A stretch of DNA of 63,197 bases, the filler included, from Nemertoderma westbladi (Eukaryota > Animalia > Xenacoelomorpha), in the NCBI GenBank assembly GCA_032718475.1. It is 3 parts of 3 records of this genome, joined end to end, with 100 filler letters (N's around TTAATTAATTAA, not from the genome) between each part and the next. Parts side by side here need not be neighbours in the genome. Positions count along the whole stretch, not along the records: positions 31,771 to 56,809 come from JAUCBJ010001448.1; positions 56,910 to 63,197 come from JAUCBJ010000113.1; 1 more part is not named here. One strand, written 5' to 3'. Below are positions 49,001-60,748 of this stretch, in pieces (the first letter of the stretch is position 1; each line of letters opens with the position of its first letter). The notes beneath the pieces are model-generated. The model worked only from the letters and a program-made list of their open reading frames with translations. It ran no database searches and had not been told where the DNA came from. A program made the position numbers and the translations under genes.

Positions 49001-51849
49001 AGGTTGCGTTCGTGTATCTCGTCTAGTATTAGATGGCTGCACCGACTCAGTAGGGGGTCTATTTCCAGCCACCGCAGTAGCACACCGGTGGTGCAGTAGA
49101 GTATAGACCCATGGTCTCGGGGTGGGCTGGTCTCCAGTCGTATTGAGTAGCCTAAATTAAATAATTAAATTAGGGAAATTAAATAGCATAAACTGTAACA
49201 ATAAAATAATAATAATAGTTTTAATTTTTTTAGCTTTGCTATATTACTAAATGTAAGCGGATTCAATTCCATTACATTACCCACCACAAAATGGAACCAG
49301 TGGCATTTTACTAATATAGTTGGGGATACGAGATTACCAATAATAATCTCGCCTCATAACCAACTTTGGGGGGGGGGGGGGGGCGACACAAGCCCTAAAG
49401 CCACAGAGAGAGGTGAGAGGACAAACCACCTCGGAGGGAGAATACAGCTAGTAGAGGCTAGCAGCGGGGGGAAACACTCGCAGGGAGTGCCAAAGTGACA
49501 ATTAGTATATTAGCCAATAGCAGGGAGGGAAGCACGTGAACAATGATAGGAAAGCATCCACTGGGTACAGAAGGCCAAGTAGAGTAAGAGGTGAAACCAA
49601 TATATGTGTGTATCAATCATATATTATTCTGTATTACTGATTTACCGGTCAGTTCATATAGTTACAGAGTTGCAGACCAGTCATAGTTTATGACCGTCAC
49701 CGCCACCAACATCACCAATTAATATCTGTGTATTTTCGGCTGTCATTCTGTATTGTGATATTCATTACATACTGATTATGTGCTATTATCATTCGGAACA
49801 TTAACATTGAGAAACACAAACTCTGTTATTTTCCCCGACGGCCTTCGGCCAAAACGACCATTAGCTCAACAGCCCCAGCAGAACGGTGACGCGTACTTAA
49901 TCTAACCCGGTCGGGATCTACGATCCCGTCACACTAACCTTTATAATAATATGTATTTAGCATTACAATGAATATTTAAAAAATATGTAATGTGAGAGTC
50001 GAACTTGTGTCTCCCAACAACAGTTAAGACCCTGGCCAATAGAGACCTAAGCGATAAAAGTGATCGGTAAAGTGTGAAACACATACCACTGGAGGCAACC
50101 CGAAGGTTCCCCTCTCTTAGCTGTTACCTGTTTGGAAAGAGGGCGCTACGCCACATTAACTCCCAAGATCGAATACTCTCACTATACAACCCTTTTATTT
50201 ACTCCACAGCATAACACACTAACCCAGGTTCCCAATATAGCTGCAGTTGGGCGGGCTGAAGCAACTTCCTTCGGGTTAACAGCATAATTAAAACTGGGCT
50301 GTTCCTTTAGTGAGGCTGGAACACACGACCTTCCGGTTGAGAGACTGATACTCTTACTGGGCAGTTTTTCCTTTTGTGGGTTAACAATGTTATTTTCTGT
50401 TTCCTGTGCTGTGCTGTATTTTTTAGATTTTTAATATTATAGAATTAAATATTTCTTTAGCTCTAATTTACTTTTTATTAACTGTGGTTTGTCCTTTTTT
50501 CTTTTGTTTTTCGACTGCTACTGAATTGTAAAAACAAGTAGGAAAAACAAAAGTGTATGGGGAGAGATATAATATAATGCAGGCAAATAATGAGAGATGT
50601 TGTACTTACTTCTCATTGAGCAATAATTATTGATCTTCAACAAAAAAGAATCAAGTACCGGTATATCAGCCTTTGTCCCTTTGCTACAAAAACCAACCCC
50701 TCCACTCCCTCCATTACATCCCCTTTTACACCCTGAACTAACTGACTAATGTTCAACTAACCACAACTGTTGCCTGTTGTTTCTCCCCTCTCATTAGCCA
50801 CTCTCGCAGCCACTGACACTGCGCTGATTCGTCGTGGTTGCGTGCACACCACGTTGCATTGGTTGCCGCGCATAGCGTCTATGTAACTATCCAACACGAA
50901 CTGGGGAACTTGGGTGGTCTTTCCGCACCCTGTTGCCCCGGAAACCAAGCTTACCTATAGAAGATAAAATAAAGACTAAGGTAGACCTGGGTTTTACCGA
51001 CTTTTTTAAACCCACAGTGAGCACTGAGTATATTTACATTCTACATAAAACCATCCTGGCCACCCATAGGAAGAGAACTACTTATCTCAGGTACTACAGT
51101 ATTAAACTAATGAAACCCGACATGTTAATTCTCGATTTCAGGTACTCAGAGGTTTTTAAAAAATGAAACTAGGGTGGCTAGGCCATACCACCCTGGTTCG
51201 GCTGTATGGCCTTCTGGATGACTTAAAGGCATCTTAAAAATTAAAGTTATAGCACTTTATGTGATGTCAAGGGCATGGAACAAAACAGCTGTGGATTAAG
51301 AGATCACCGCTCTACCGACTTCGCTTTTAGCTAGTCGAGCAGTTAGACCCTGCTGCCCCGCATGTCCTTATTACCTTTACCTACATGGTTATTTTCAATC
51401 ATTTCCAAGAGCTCATTCCGCTTTTCCCAAACTGGTAAGCGTTTTCTACCGTCGTACAACGCTGACCTCTGCACTCTCAGTTGGTCGTCTTTTAAAGATA
51501 AATTAACAGCGTCGACGTCAACCAACGACCGACGACTAAACACGGCAGAGAAGCGATCGAAGGCAGGTGGAGGATAATTATCTGCAGACTGCGAAGGGGC
51601 GGGTTCAGAACGAATACCTTCAAGCAGTTTGGCAATCCGTGCGTCGGCGTTCCACGAGAGATTGGAAGCGTCTAGACTCCTTTTCTTAGATTTCGGCTCT
51701 CTGTTAGCGTTGTCCCGGTACCACATCCCTATTTCTTTTCCCTTCAACCCGGCCGGATGTCGTCTAGCCATCCCGGCCCCCCGGGACGCAGCCCCAGTAC
51801 TGACGGGTCGACGATTTCCGCTCTTGTATCTCCGTCCCCTTCCGCTCAT
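31810..51849 (-). CDS. DHX36: DEAH-box helicase DHX36 (G4 resolvase/RHAU), 7 exons
   Basis: Exons 51385-51849, 50762-50954, 48517-49151, 46969-47072, 36097-36331, 33947-34400, 31810-32825, all GT-AG and phase compatible. DSM motif [14 protein letters not shown]; [10 protein letters not shown]; DEIHER; MSAT; IIPLHSLMP; [10 protein letters not shown]; QREGRAGRV; HA2/OB regions. Confidence 0.93.
32064..32290 (-). repeat. 24-bp minisatellite ([16 protein letters not shown]) in the last DHX36 exon or in a cryptic intron
   Basis: GGAGGGGTCTGGGGGGAGG(G/A)AACC units. Confidence 0.9.
34730..35727. mobile_element. ~1-kb MITE (Tc1/mariner-like TIRs)
   Basis: CAGGCGAGTCAATCTAGC ... GCTAGATTGACTCGACTA; subterminal inverted similarity. 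Confidence 0.65.
36464..36862. repeat. 42-bp minisatellite (~9.5 copies)
   Basis: TGGTACCTAAATATCTCTCTTAAACGAACAATCACTGTATGA. Confidence 0.95.
36889..41868 (-). mobile_element. Ty1/Copia (GalEa-like) LTR retrotransposon in DHX36 intron 4
   Basis: TG..CA termini; 5-bp TSD AAAAT (36884-88, 41869-73); 5' LTR 41688-41868; truncated 3' LTR 36889-37046; PBS TGGTAGCAGAGCG (tRNA-iMet) at 41674-41686; domain order gag-PR-IN-RT-RH. Confidence 0.95.
37150..41625 (-). pseudogene. Copia gag-pol in a single frame interrupted by two stops (TGA 40072-74, TAG 38134-36)
   Basis: Zn knuckle [14 protein letters not shown]; protease VLDSGCS; integrase HKQFAH..CEIC, D..DNGGEF..ERNH; [25 protein letters not shown]; RNase [14 protein letters not shown]. 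Confidence 0.9.
42163..42586. repeat. ~32-bp minisatellite with palindrome CTCAGCCTAGGCTGAG
   Basis: GGGGAGTGTTCTCAGCCTAGGCTGAGATAACT, ~12 copies. Confidence 0.9.
43119..43162 (-). ncRNA. Type I hammerhead ribozyme (inverted copy)
   Basis: Reverse complement of 43702-43745. Confidence 0.75.
43702..43745 (+). ncRNA. Type I minimal hammerhead ribozyme
   Basis: TATTTA-CTGAAGA-C-GTCC(GTGA)GGAT-GAAA-TGGCCA-TA-TAAATA: stem I TATTTA/TAAATA, palindromic stem III ATGGCCAT, predicted cut after 43739. Confidence 0.78.
45065..46681 (+). CDS. WDR4: tRNA m7G46 methyltransferase non-catalytic subunit WDR4/Trm82/wuho, intronless, nested antisense in DHX36
   Basis: [46 protein letters not shown] and LTSASGDGT signature; 21-bp coding repeat at ~45767-46012. 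Confidence 0.9.
   Translation: MMQPFAIIIRDSWVCVASKCGLRVYDTTITTQSLLYRYDWKVSGSGDAKVPPTKPTGGECSDSDTEIPNNGHTDSVTNPTPVDHQFGIDDFAVSNSNEMVAIATSNKCVHVWLTSSWRLLCEHRESKRCTALAFTARPPERLLVGDRQGNVYLRAGLLSNQGRVLEDPPLLGHFSIVTAMVVSPNDEVVVTADRDEKVRVSRFPNSYNVRNYCLGHKQFVSHLAVLSNVHASGSDLLTSGQAKLTSGQAKLTSGPAKLTSGPDTLTSGTDLLTSGADLLTSGADLLTSGADLLTSGHDLLTSGADLLTSGHDLLTSASGDGTVILWAYNDDGLRLATWRGTVDRPFTRLEPVCGSAVTVVQDRRMSVLRARHTGSLGYQFEEVYTRDDVLDIAVYGELIGLIVCETRGDSAVSWGGSNESTESRMSQCDSNDPKMSQSGSNNSDVTHSGINSPEVSLHVVRFVNGTISDSEIRWPSDFLDDVIETATEAVREGLVDRELTDYYDMYKDVNQINLQQYYWRKSKQMRRADESDCTLVGS
47201..47660 (+). mobile_element. tRNA-promoter/hammerhead retrozyme-like SINE (~410-nt circularly permuted monomer with inverted 5' piece)
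   Basis: A-box TGGCCTAGTGG (~47377), B-box GGTTCGAATCC (~47419), hammerhead 47433-47475. Inverted repeats 47201-29/47274-302 and 47253-74/47639-60. Flanking duplication TCCTAAAGGAAT. Confidence 0.82.
47433..47475 (+). ncRNA. Type I hammerhead ribozyme
   Basis: ACCACG-CTGATGA-GACC(CAGTAA)GGTC-GAAA-CGCG-TA-CGTGGT: perfect core, stem I ACCACG/CGTGGT, palindromic stem III ACGCGT, GUA cleavage after 47469. Confidence 0.9.
47661..48362. repeat. ~62-bp minisatellite (~11 copies; one more unit at 47135-47202)
   Basis: CCTAAAGGAATGCCTGTTCACCACCATGGGTGATCTTCCACAGTAAACCCCTCCACTCTGTTT. Confidence 0.92.
49252..49933. mobile_element. Possible solo LTR
   Basis: TGTAAGCGGAT ... ATCCCGTCACA imperfect terminal inverted repeat; flanks CTAAA/CTAAC (4/5 match as TSD). 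Confidence 0.4.
50065..50362 (-). mobile_element. Degenerate tRNA-derived SINE
   Basis: Minus-strand head ..AACCGGAAGGTCGTGTGTTCCAGCC resembles a B-box region; GC-richer 300-bp island. Confidence 0.35.
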
Positions 51850-53111
51850 TGTCAGATTGTATTGTACAGCCGTTCGCAGCTCATATAGTCTGATAGTGAG
51901 TGCTAATACTGTAATTAATACCTAATTCACATGGAACTCAGAACACCTGCGCTGCTTGTTTGTTTACACAGTACAGCAGTAGGCCTACTCAGTACTGCAG
52001 TAGCAGTACCGATTCATTAACAACGACCAAAGACCATACCGGTCCGGTACATACTGACTGTCTGACATACAGACATAACATAACTGCATAATTAAATAAA
52101 TTAATATAAAACTCTACTTAATCTGTTAATACTGCAGTACTCAGGTACTGTAACTGTAATACAATAATACTGTAATAGGCCTCTGGGCCTACTCTTCTAC
52201 CCAGATAGTGGGGAAACTGAAACTGACATCATTATTAAGATCAACCGAACCGCCACTGCGCCACCCAACAGTACTGCGTAAAGTGTGAGTAGGCCTACAG
52301 TACTGACTGCTGGACTGTACTGTCGGAATCGAGTACTGAATCGGGTGTCTCTTTGATTTTAGTCTTAGTTTGATCTAATTGACTTTAGTCTTAGTTTGAT
52401 CTAATTGATTTGAGTGTTTGAATTTCCCGCTTAACCACATAACCAGTAATCATTTACTGCACACCATCATATCAGCCAATCATTATTAGGCATTGTCGTC
52501 AATATCAAGCGTGCCGCTGCGGGAATATTTGAATTGACACATTGTTTTGTTTTGAAAGCCGTGCGTTTCATTAAAATAATGGAGTATATTTATTGTGCAC
52601 GATGTAATATTGGATTCTAACATGCTCATTATTTTAAATAAATATTAATTCAAATAATATAATATAATAATAACAATAATAATCTATGTGTTAACTAAAA
52701 TTTAAATTCTAATTATTGATTCATCATTGGGTACATTGTTGAATGCATAGATGTAGTGTACCGCTATATATATCAACAAGCAGTACAATTTGACTCCATC
52801 GGTTTACCATTAGCGGTGTAGTTTACAGGTTTACTGCCGTAGGTTTCTTCATATTGAGTATATATTATATAATATTAATTATAAAACAATAATATTAAGT
52901 AATTCAATGCGACGCTCAAAAATACACAATCAGATATACGTAGAAATTATATTTGCACAAAAATATATATCTAGGCTGAGTAAGATTGAAATTATAAAGT
53001 AATAATTGTTCACGATTTATATTTAATAAATTATTTGTTAACTAACTATAAAATCACAATGGGTGAATGAGTCATAGTTTTTATAAGCATTCCAATATAT
53101 AGGCCTATCGC

Positions 53112-56100
53112 TTATGATATTCTAAGACCTTCAATAGACTTCTCTAGTGAATCTAGATTCCATACTATCATCTGTCCATCAGTTCCAGATGTGGATATCT
53201 TATTCACACCTTTGCTGCCTTTTGAAACGCTTCTAATTTCGTTAATTGCTGATTGGTGTTTTGTGGCAACGCTTGTGGAAACCTAAGATAATAAATTAAC
53301 AAATATTCAGTACCGGTATGTGTTGTGTTTTGAAGGCCAATTAGTGTTAAAGATTATAATATCATAGTGCAATATGATTTTCGTAAATGATAACGATGAA
53401 AAGGGGTCAGCAAATACATTACAAACCGATAATGACATGTGGACACTATGTTAGTACTCGCCTTCGTCAGGATATTATGGTGGCCCTAGGTCTTTAGTCG
53501 GTGTCTGTGAGTTTTGTCATAATGTTTTCTGTTTTTTTTTCGACTTTTACAAACTCATTCTAACAAGTTGTAAAAGGGTTTAGTGTTGGACATTACAGAC
53601 ATTCTAAATTTTATCAGTATATTTTATACTACACCCTGTAATTGAACTAAATTAAAAACTTGCCCACATGATTGCCCACGTTGGTTTTTACCATTTTTGA
53701 TTATTGTATAGTAAAAAAATTATGTAGTAAATAGTATAAAAACAGTTTCGGACAATACACAAATGTTAGTTCCTTTTCTTAGATCAAAATGTAATGTCCA
53801 ACACTATAATGGGGTCAAACATTACACTAAATTGTAAAGTCATTCTTCAGGTACTACCTGATGTAAATATCATGACCATAGCCCTACGATAAGCGACTTA
53901 CATCCTTGAGAAGAGTTATGGTGATCCCAGGAGGATATCTTAATTTGAGACAAAATAAGATAAGTGGTGCGATTTGAAAGAACATAATTATGTTCTTTCA
54001 AATCGCACTAATTATCTTATTTTGTCCTTGAGAAGTTGTCAGTTTAACAAGGGTATAATATATATGGCAATGAAATAAAAAAATAACTTTTTTCAAAGAA
54101 AAAATTGTCTATTTTGTGATAATGACTTCTATTTTTTGAGAGCAGATTTGAAAAATTGAACAAAAATGAGTAGAGACTGATATATAAAAAAATGTTTACA
54201 CAAAATTTTTTTTTTTTACATCTATGTCCTATTTTTCAATGAATAGCCCAAAAGTCGATGAGATAAAAAAATAAGTTTACAAAAAACGAACTTTTATTTT
54301 TCCCAGTTTCCCAAATTAACAAATTTGATAACATCAACAAATCAGCTCAATTTTTCCGATCGATTTGAACATAACGTATTAATTCTTACTAACCTCCCCT
54401 GCTCCCTTCTTGTCCATATCCTTGAACATACTCATAGCAGTTACGGTTTTCTCTTTGCTGGACACTTTACTATCGAGACCGGCAACCAATGACAGCTGAC
54501 CACCACCGTGACTGAAGAGCAGTGGTTGGCAATCAAAGCCCGCCCCCACTGTAATAAAGACGACAATAATATTGGAAGGAGAAATATAAAAGGTTAGACT
54601 TCCACAAAGATGGTTACGGGCCCAGATCACCGCCGGGATAAACATAATCGAGTTAGGGTTGCGGGAAAAACGAGAGGACAGATCTACTGTAATCTCTCGT
54701 TTTTGTCCCCCAACCCTATCTCGATTAAAGGTAACACATAGGATACGAAGGATATTACGGTCAAACAGACAATGGACAATTTGCAATAAATAGTAGCCAC
54801 AGTCGTGGAATTGTGAGCCACGAATTATAGTAGTCTAGATCTGTCACGTCTGTCTGAACATGTGCGTCTGGGTCAGCGATTGAACGTAAAATCGTGGTAA
54901 CACCCGCATAATGATTAATTTTAGAATGTTTTGTAGAAGATATATCTGGGCCGCTTTAAAACTGTATGCTAAAGGTTCATAGATATTACGTGCGCAATCT
55001 CCCCTCAAAGTAGACCTACTACTGTAGTAACTACTGTACATATCGCCCATATGAAGAATACCAGGATTTCACTTTTCGGTCGACTTTTTATTGGAATTTT
55101 ATATATGAAGATTTTTTATTTTTGTAAATTTATCTTTATTAAGTATTTTATAGATCTTATTTCTCTCTTATAACCTGTACATATTCTAATTCGTTTATTG
55201 TTTTGGTTAATACAACCCTTCTGTTACCCGTGAAAACCTGGTATTCTTCACATGGGGGTAACTGCAAAGTGAAATATAACGGCAGAAAGTCTGGTATTCT
55301 TCACATGGGCCGTACATATATTGAAGAGATCCGTTCGGAAACAAATGGCTAGATTTTATAGGATGTGTTAAATAATATTGTAAATATACCTATAGAATTC
55401 TCCGTAACCCACAGGCAGGTTACCATTGGCAACAGATTGCAATCCAATATGGCAACTTGATTGTCACTAGCGCTATCGGCTGCCGCTATCGATGAACAAT
55501 GACCGACCCAGGCTAATTTATTTCCTATTTACACAAAATAATAAAGGAATTAGTTACAGCCCGTGTTAGAGAAACCTTTCCAATTCTGCGATATAAAATA
55601 CAATTTTAACAATCATAGCTCGTTTCGCTCGCTCTTCTATTTGATACGGTACAGTATATTAATATACATATGGTTATACTATTGACCTAAATATAAGATA
55701 ATCTGAATCTTGGACTGGATATCGCGGAGATACGAGAGTTAATTGTTTAGAAAGTTCGAGATCCCACCTCGGCGCTGTGGTTAAATACGTTGCTTTGAAT
55801 TCAAATCTTTCCGGAGGTCGTGGGTTCGACCCCCCCCCCCTGTTTTGTAAAAGAACTACTACTACTACTAGGATCGGCATGCTGCATTGCAGCTGCATTT
55901 TTAAGAAAGCTGTGCTGGCCGGTCGACAAAATTGCGCCGCCACAACTCCCTATCACCCATGACATTTACAAGATCATCCGCATCTTCAAGGCCAGTGTCC
56001 TTTAAGATGCGTCTCAAGAAGTCATGGGCTGTCCACCATGCTTATTCACTCAGTGAGGCTGCCAAAGCACGAGATTATGCACTGGCTGGTCCTCACGGCG

Positions 56101-56677
56101 AAAATGTCCTGCAAAGCGGAGGCGACTTTGTTCTAGTGTCAAACTTGGGGAACCAATGAGAAACCTCCAATGTTGTAAGAGAAACTAACCAGGGCGCATC
56201 TCTGCATCCTTCAATGGTGCGGTACTGTAGGTAGCTAAATGGGTACAAGTTTCCCCTGGGGAGTATAGTTCTTGGAGGGAACCGCACTGGAAATAAGTCG
56301 TCAGACTTTGTGCGTAATCCCTGGCAAAACGGCCGAAGAAAACTTTACTTTCTCTTTACTTCAAAAACATTGTTTTGAAATAAAAATTAAATAACAAATA
56401 AATAATTTTAAAACCATCGCCAAATGCCGGTCTCTGAAATCTTTTATCTGGGAGAAATAAGCAATAGTGCCAGGAAATATGTCAATAATTGATAGCCATA
56501 AAAAGTTTCCTCACGTCGCCGCGCAGTGAGATAACCAACCGTTGGGAGAGAATGAAACAGAATGGACCCATCCGCCATTGCCGGTTCCGGCAGGGAACTC
56601 CGCCAACAGATTACCGAACACCAACTTCTTACCCCATGTCGATGCCTCAGGTTTAGCTTCGATTTCTTTCACATAAG
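53112..56677 (-). CDS. ARPC1: Arp2/3 complex subunit 1 (p41-Arc), last four exons; 5' part not found in the window
   Basis: Exons 56540-56677 (AYVKEIEAKP..WGKK..FG..GGWVHSVSFS), 55390-55524 (GNKLAWVGH..WVTENSI), 54394-54548 (VGAGFDCQP..FKDMDKK), 53112-53282 (HQSAINEI..TSGTDGQMIVWNLDSLEKSIEGLRIS*); GT-AG and in phase. Confidence 0.92.
55763..56361 (+). mobile_element. tRNA-derived SINE (same family as 7471-7750, longer body)
   Basis: Head CCACCTCGGCGCTGTGG..GGTCGTGGGTTCGAC; shared 3' region and ACTTT tail. Confidence 0.7.
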
Positions 56678-56974
56678 CTAAAATGAAATACATAGTAAAT
56701 ATTATAGATATTATAATTTATTATAAAATAATTAAGGGTAACACAGTAGATAATTAACAGTAGGTAATTGATTCCAGTTCAAGTGACTATCACTGTGAAT
56801 GTAAAAATCNNNNNNNNNNNNNNNNNNNNNNNNNNNNNNNNNNNNNNNNNNNNTTAATTAATTAANNNNNNNNNNNNNNNNNNNNNNNNNNNNNNNNNNN
56901 NNNNNNNNNCCTGACCTGACACTTATATATGTATACTTACAATATATTGGATAGGAGAGCCTTGAGCAATTCGG

Positions 56975-57125
56975 AAATGAAAGCAGAAATTCCCTATCGT
57001 AATACAGTCTTTGGACAAAAGTCGTTTTCGTATCTAGGTCCAAAACTCTGGAACGATTTACCAGTCAGTGTTAAAAGTGCACCAAATATCGAAAGTTTCA
57101 AAGCATCATGTAAAAAATTACTGTA
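56975..57125 (+). mobile_element. 3' fragment of an L2/Crack-type LINE ORF2
   Basis: IPYRNTVFGQKSFSYLGPKLWNDLPVSVKSAPNIESFK. Confidence 0.7.
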
Positions 57126-57126
57126 C

Positions 57127-57557
57127 TATATCGACCACATTGATATCAGTTAATTTTAATATTTTGTTGTCGTGTATCTGTATATCGACCACATTGATAT
57201 CAGTTAATTTTAATATTTTGTTGTCGTGTATCTGTATATGGACCACATTGATATCAGTTAATTTTAATATTTTGTTGTCGTGTATCTGTATATGGACCAA
57301 ATTGATATCAGTTAATTTTAATATTTTGTTGTCGTGTATCTGTATATGGACCACATTGATATCAGTTAATTTTAATATTTTGTTGTCGTGTATCTGTATA
57401 TGGACCACATTGATACCAGTTAATTTTAATATTTTGTTGTCGTGTATCTGTATATGGACCACATTGATACCAGTTAATTTTAATATTTTGTTGTCGTGTA
57501 TACTGTATATGTACCACATTGATATCAGTTAATTTTAATATTTTGTTATCGTGTATA
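57127..57557. repeat. 54-bp minisatellite
   Basis: GACCACATTGATATCAGTTAATTTTAATATTTTGTTGTCGTGTATCTGTATATG, ~8 copies. Confidence 0.92.
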
Positions 57558-57561
57558 GGCC

Positions 57562-57912
57562 TACTGTATATGTATGTATATATACTGTATATGTATGTAT
57601 ATATACTGTATATGTATGTATATATACTGTATATGTATGTATATATACTGTATATGTATGTATATATACTGTATATGTATGTATATATACAGTATATGTA
57701 TGTATATATACTCTATATGTATGTATATATACTGTATATGTATGTATATATACTGTATATGTATGTATATATACTGTATATGTGTGTATATATACTGTAT
57801 TTGTATGTATATATACTGTATATGTATGTATATATACTGTATATGTATGTATATATACTGTATATGTATGTATATATACTGTATATGTATGTATATATAC
57901 TGCATATGTATG
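57562..57912. repeat. 21-bp low-complexity tandem repeat CTGTATATGTATGTATATATA
   Basis: Directly visible. Confidence 0.95.
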
Positions 57913-60748
57913 AATATTGTTCTGCAAGATAACGGTGAGCTGATTCATGATCATACTCTAGTTAGTAATTTATTTAATAATTATTTTACTAATGTTGCCT
58001 CTAATTTAGTTAAAAGAAGTTACCGTTATCAAGTAATAAATATAGTATAGGGTCCGAAACTCTAATAATTGTTATTTAGAAAAGTTACAAAATTCAGAAA
58101 AGTTATTTTTGGAACCCGTTTCTGAGGATTTCGTTTTCCAAAATCTACTTAGCCTATCAGCCTCAAAAAGTACCGGTCTAGACCTAATACCTGCCCGTTT
58201 TCTTAAGGATGGTGCTGAAGTACTTAAAGTGCCTATTACTTTTATTATTAATTACTCTATCGTAGATAATGTAGTACCAGACGAACTGAAATTAGCTAAG
58301 GTTGTTCCTCTGTATAAAAAGAATAGTAAAGTAGAACCCTGTAATTACAGACCTGTTAGTATCTTAAGTATTGTATCTAAAATTCTAGAACGTTCTGTTT
58401 TTCTACAGCTGGAAGCACATCTTAGTAGGCTAAATCTGATCTATGAACTTCAGTCCGGTTTTCGTAAATCATATTCTACAGACACCTGCCTTATTAACTT
58501 AACTGATACAATTAGATGTAATAACGCAAAGGGTTTATATACTGGTATGGTAATGTTGGACCTACAAAAGGCTTTCGATACTGTAGATCACGAAATTCTG
58601 CTTGGTAAGTTAGCCCTGATGGGTGTAGGTTCTATAGACTGGTTCAAGTCCTACCTGTCAGACGCAGGTCAAACTGTAGTCATTAGCAAATCGCAGTCTA
58701 CTGTACAAGAGATTACCTGTGGGGTACCGCAAGGTAGTATATTAGGTCCTCTGCTTTTTGTATGCTATGTAAATGATATGATAAGTAGTATAGATCCCGA
58801 TTTTAAACTGATTTTATATGCCGACGACAGTGCTCTTATTTTCTCTCATAAAGATCCTATCCATATTTCCCAAAAGTTAAGTGCAGTTCTAGAATCCTGT
58901 AATGAGTGGTTGGTTGATAATAAGCTATGCATTCACTAATATAGTAAGCCATTCCATTGAGAGACTGCTCCGTGGAAATCAGAATGGGTTCCGTAAAGGT
59001 CGTGGGACCATAGAACCCATTTTGGCACTTAGAAGGATAATTGAAGAGTTATCAAAAAAGAAAGACAGGCATCTGGCTGTTATCTTTGTTGACTTCTTCA
59101 AGGCCTTTGATTCAGTCTCCCGCTCACGTATGTTCAGCATACTTTCATTCTATGGGATTCCTGATGAAATTATTGCAGCAATCAGATCAGTATACGATGG
59201 TTCGACAACATTTGTGTCTACTGTTGATGGTGACACAGAACCATTTGAAGTGTTATGGGGCGTTCTCCAGGGAGACACACTTGCACCATTCTTGTTCATA
59301 ATTGTGATTGACTATGTTCTACGCATGTCCTTAGATCATCATAATGATGATGGGGTGATGATAACTCCACCTACTGGCTCCAGAAGTCGAGGAAATCCTG
59401 CCAAGTACCTAACTGATCTAGACTTTGCTGATGACTTAGGAGTACTCTCAGAATCACTAGAGGGAGCCCAACGGCTCCTCAGCTCATTGGAGCATGCTGC
59501 TTCTAGTGTTGGTCTTTTTATTAACTCCAGAAAGACCAAAATGTTGACAGTTAACTTTGAAAGTTCTCAGCAAGTCTCTGATCGGATGAGCATAAGCTCA
59601 AAGGATGATATGCTTGAGCATGTGGACGACTTCTGTTACCTGGGATCATGGATCCGGAAGTCAGGGGAGGACCTTCGAATACGTAAGGGAAAGGCATGGG
59701 CAGCCTTGAATAGGCTTTCCAGGATTTGGAAGTCACCGAGAATTAATCGGAAACTTAAGGTCCGATTATTTAGAGCAGCAGTAGTTCCAGTACTCCTCTA
59801 CGGGAGTCCATGCTGGGCTCTAACTGCTGTGGATACCAAATCTCTGCATGGCACATTCACAATAATGCTACGCCGGGTTCATTGTGTCAAGTACAATGCA
59901 CACATCTCCAACCAGACACTATATAACATTGGAGGTGTCTCATTGGTTCCCCCAAGCTTGACACTAGAACAAAATCGCCTCCGCTTTGCAGGACATTGCT
60001 TTCGCGGTGAGGACCAGCCAGTGCATAATCTTGTACTTTGGCAGCCTCATGGAGTGAATAAGCATGGTAGACAGCCCATGACTTTCTTGAGACGCATCTT
60101 AAAGGACACTGGCCTTGAAGATGCGGATGATGTAAATGTCATGGGTGATAGGGAGTTGTGGCGGCGCAACTTTGTCGACAAGCCGGCACAGCAGCCGACA
60201 CTCTTACAGTCCAGAGCTAGTGCTTCAAACTTCTACCTCCCGAATTGTAAATCCTTTGAATCCGATACTTTCTTTTTTAACGGCATTAAAAATTGGAACG
60301 CTCTGCCTAATGAAATTAAAAACCTAGATAATCCACATTCTTTTAAATCTGCAGTTAAATCTCACCTCCGTGTGCAATGTAAAAATAGGTATAATAATCC
60401 TACAGTAAGTTATTAGTTTATTAATTATTTACTATTTATACTGTAATTACGTTTTATATTAAATTGTTCTGTACATTACATCTTTATCGTTGAGTCGGGC
60501 ATTGTCACGCTTTCGGTAAAGTTGTACATGTACATAGTGTAATTACGTTTTATATTGGTTTTAGGTTAGCGTAGTGTAATATTGTATTTGTAACCAAATA
60601 ACATAAAGGACCCCCTTGGAAATAAGCTGCAAAGCTTTAGGGGTAATCCTATATGTTATGTTGGACAATACCTTTATACCGGTACATTGTTTGGTGTATT
60701 TGTTATTGTTTTTACATAATGTATAAATAAATCTATCTATCTATCTAT
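57913..60748 (+). mobile_element. 5'-truncated Crack/L2-group LINE with its RT C-terminal region replaced by an RTE fragment
   Basis: [68 protein letters not shown]. Tail FFFNGIKNWNALP..FKSAVK. 3' stem-loop 60611-60649, AATAAA and (ATCT)n. Confidence 0.85.
58935..60208 (+). mobile_element. RTE-clade LINE RT fragment
   Basis: QNGFRKGRGT, FVDFFKAFDS, GVLQGDTLAPFLF, LDFADD, YLGSWI, VLLYGS..W, RLRFAGHC.R, DRELWR. Confidence 0.88.

Noticed and set aside
51270-51340. tRNA-Lys-like fragment on the minus strand
   Set aside because: D-arm insertion, no intact T-arm or acceptor stem; at most a decayed SINE or pseudogene.
11597-51849. Functional link between the G4-prone satellite and the neighbouring G4 helicase DHX36
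   Set aside because: Proximity only; no sequence evidence of a relationship.
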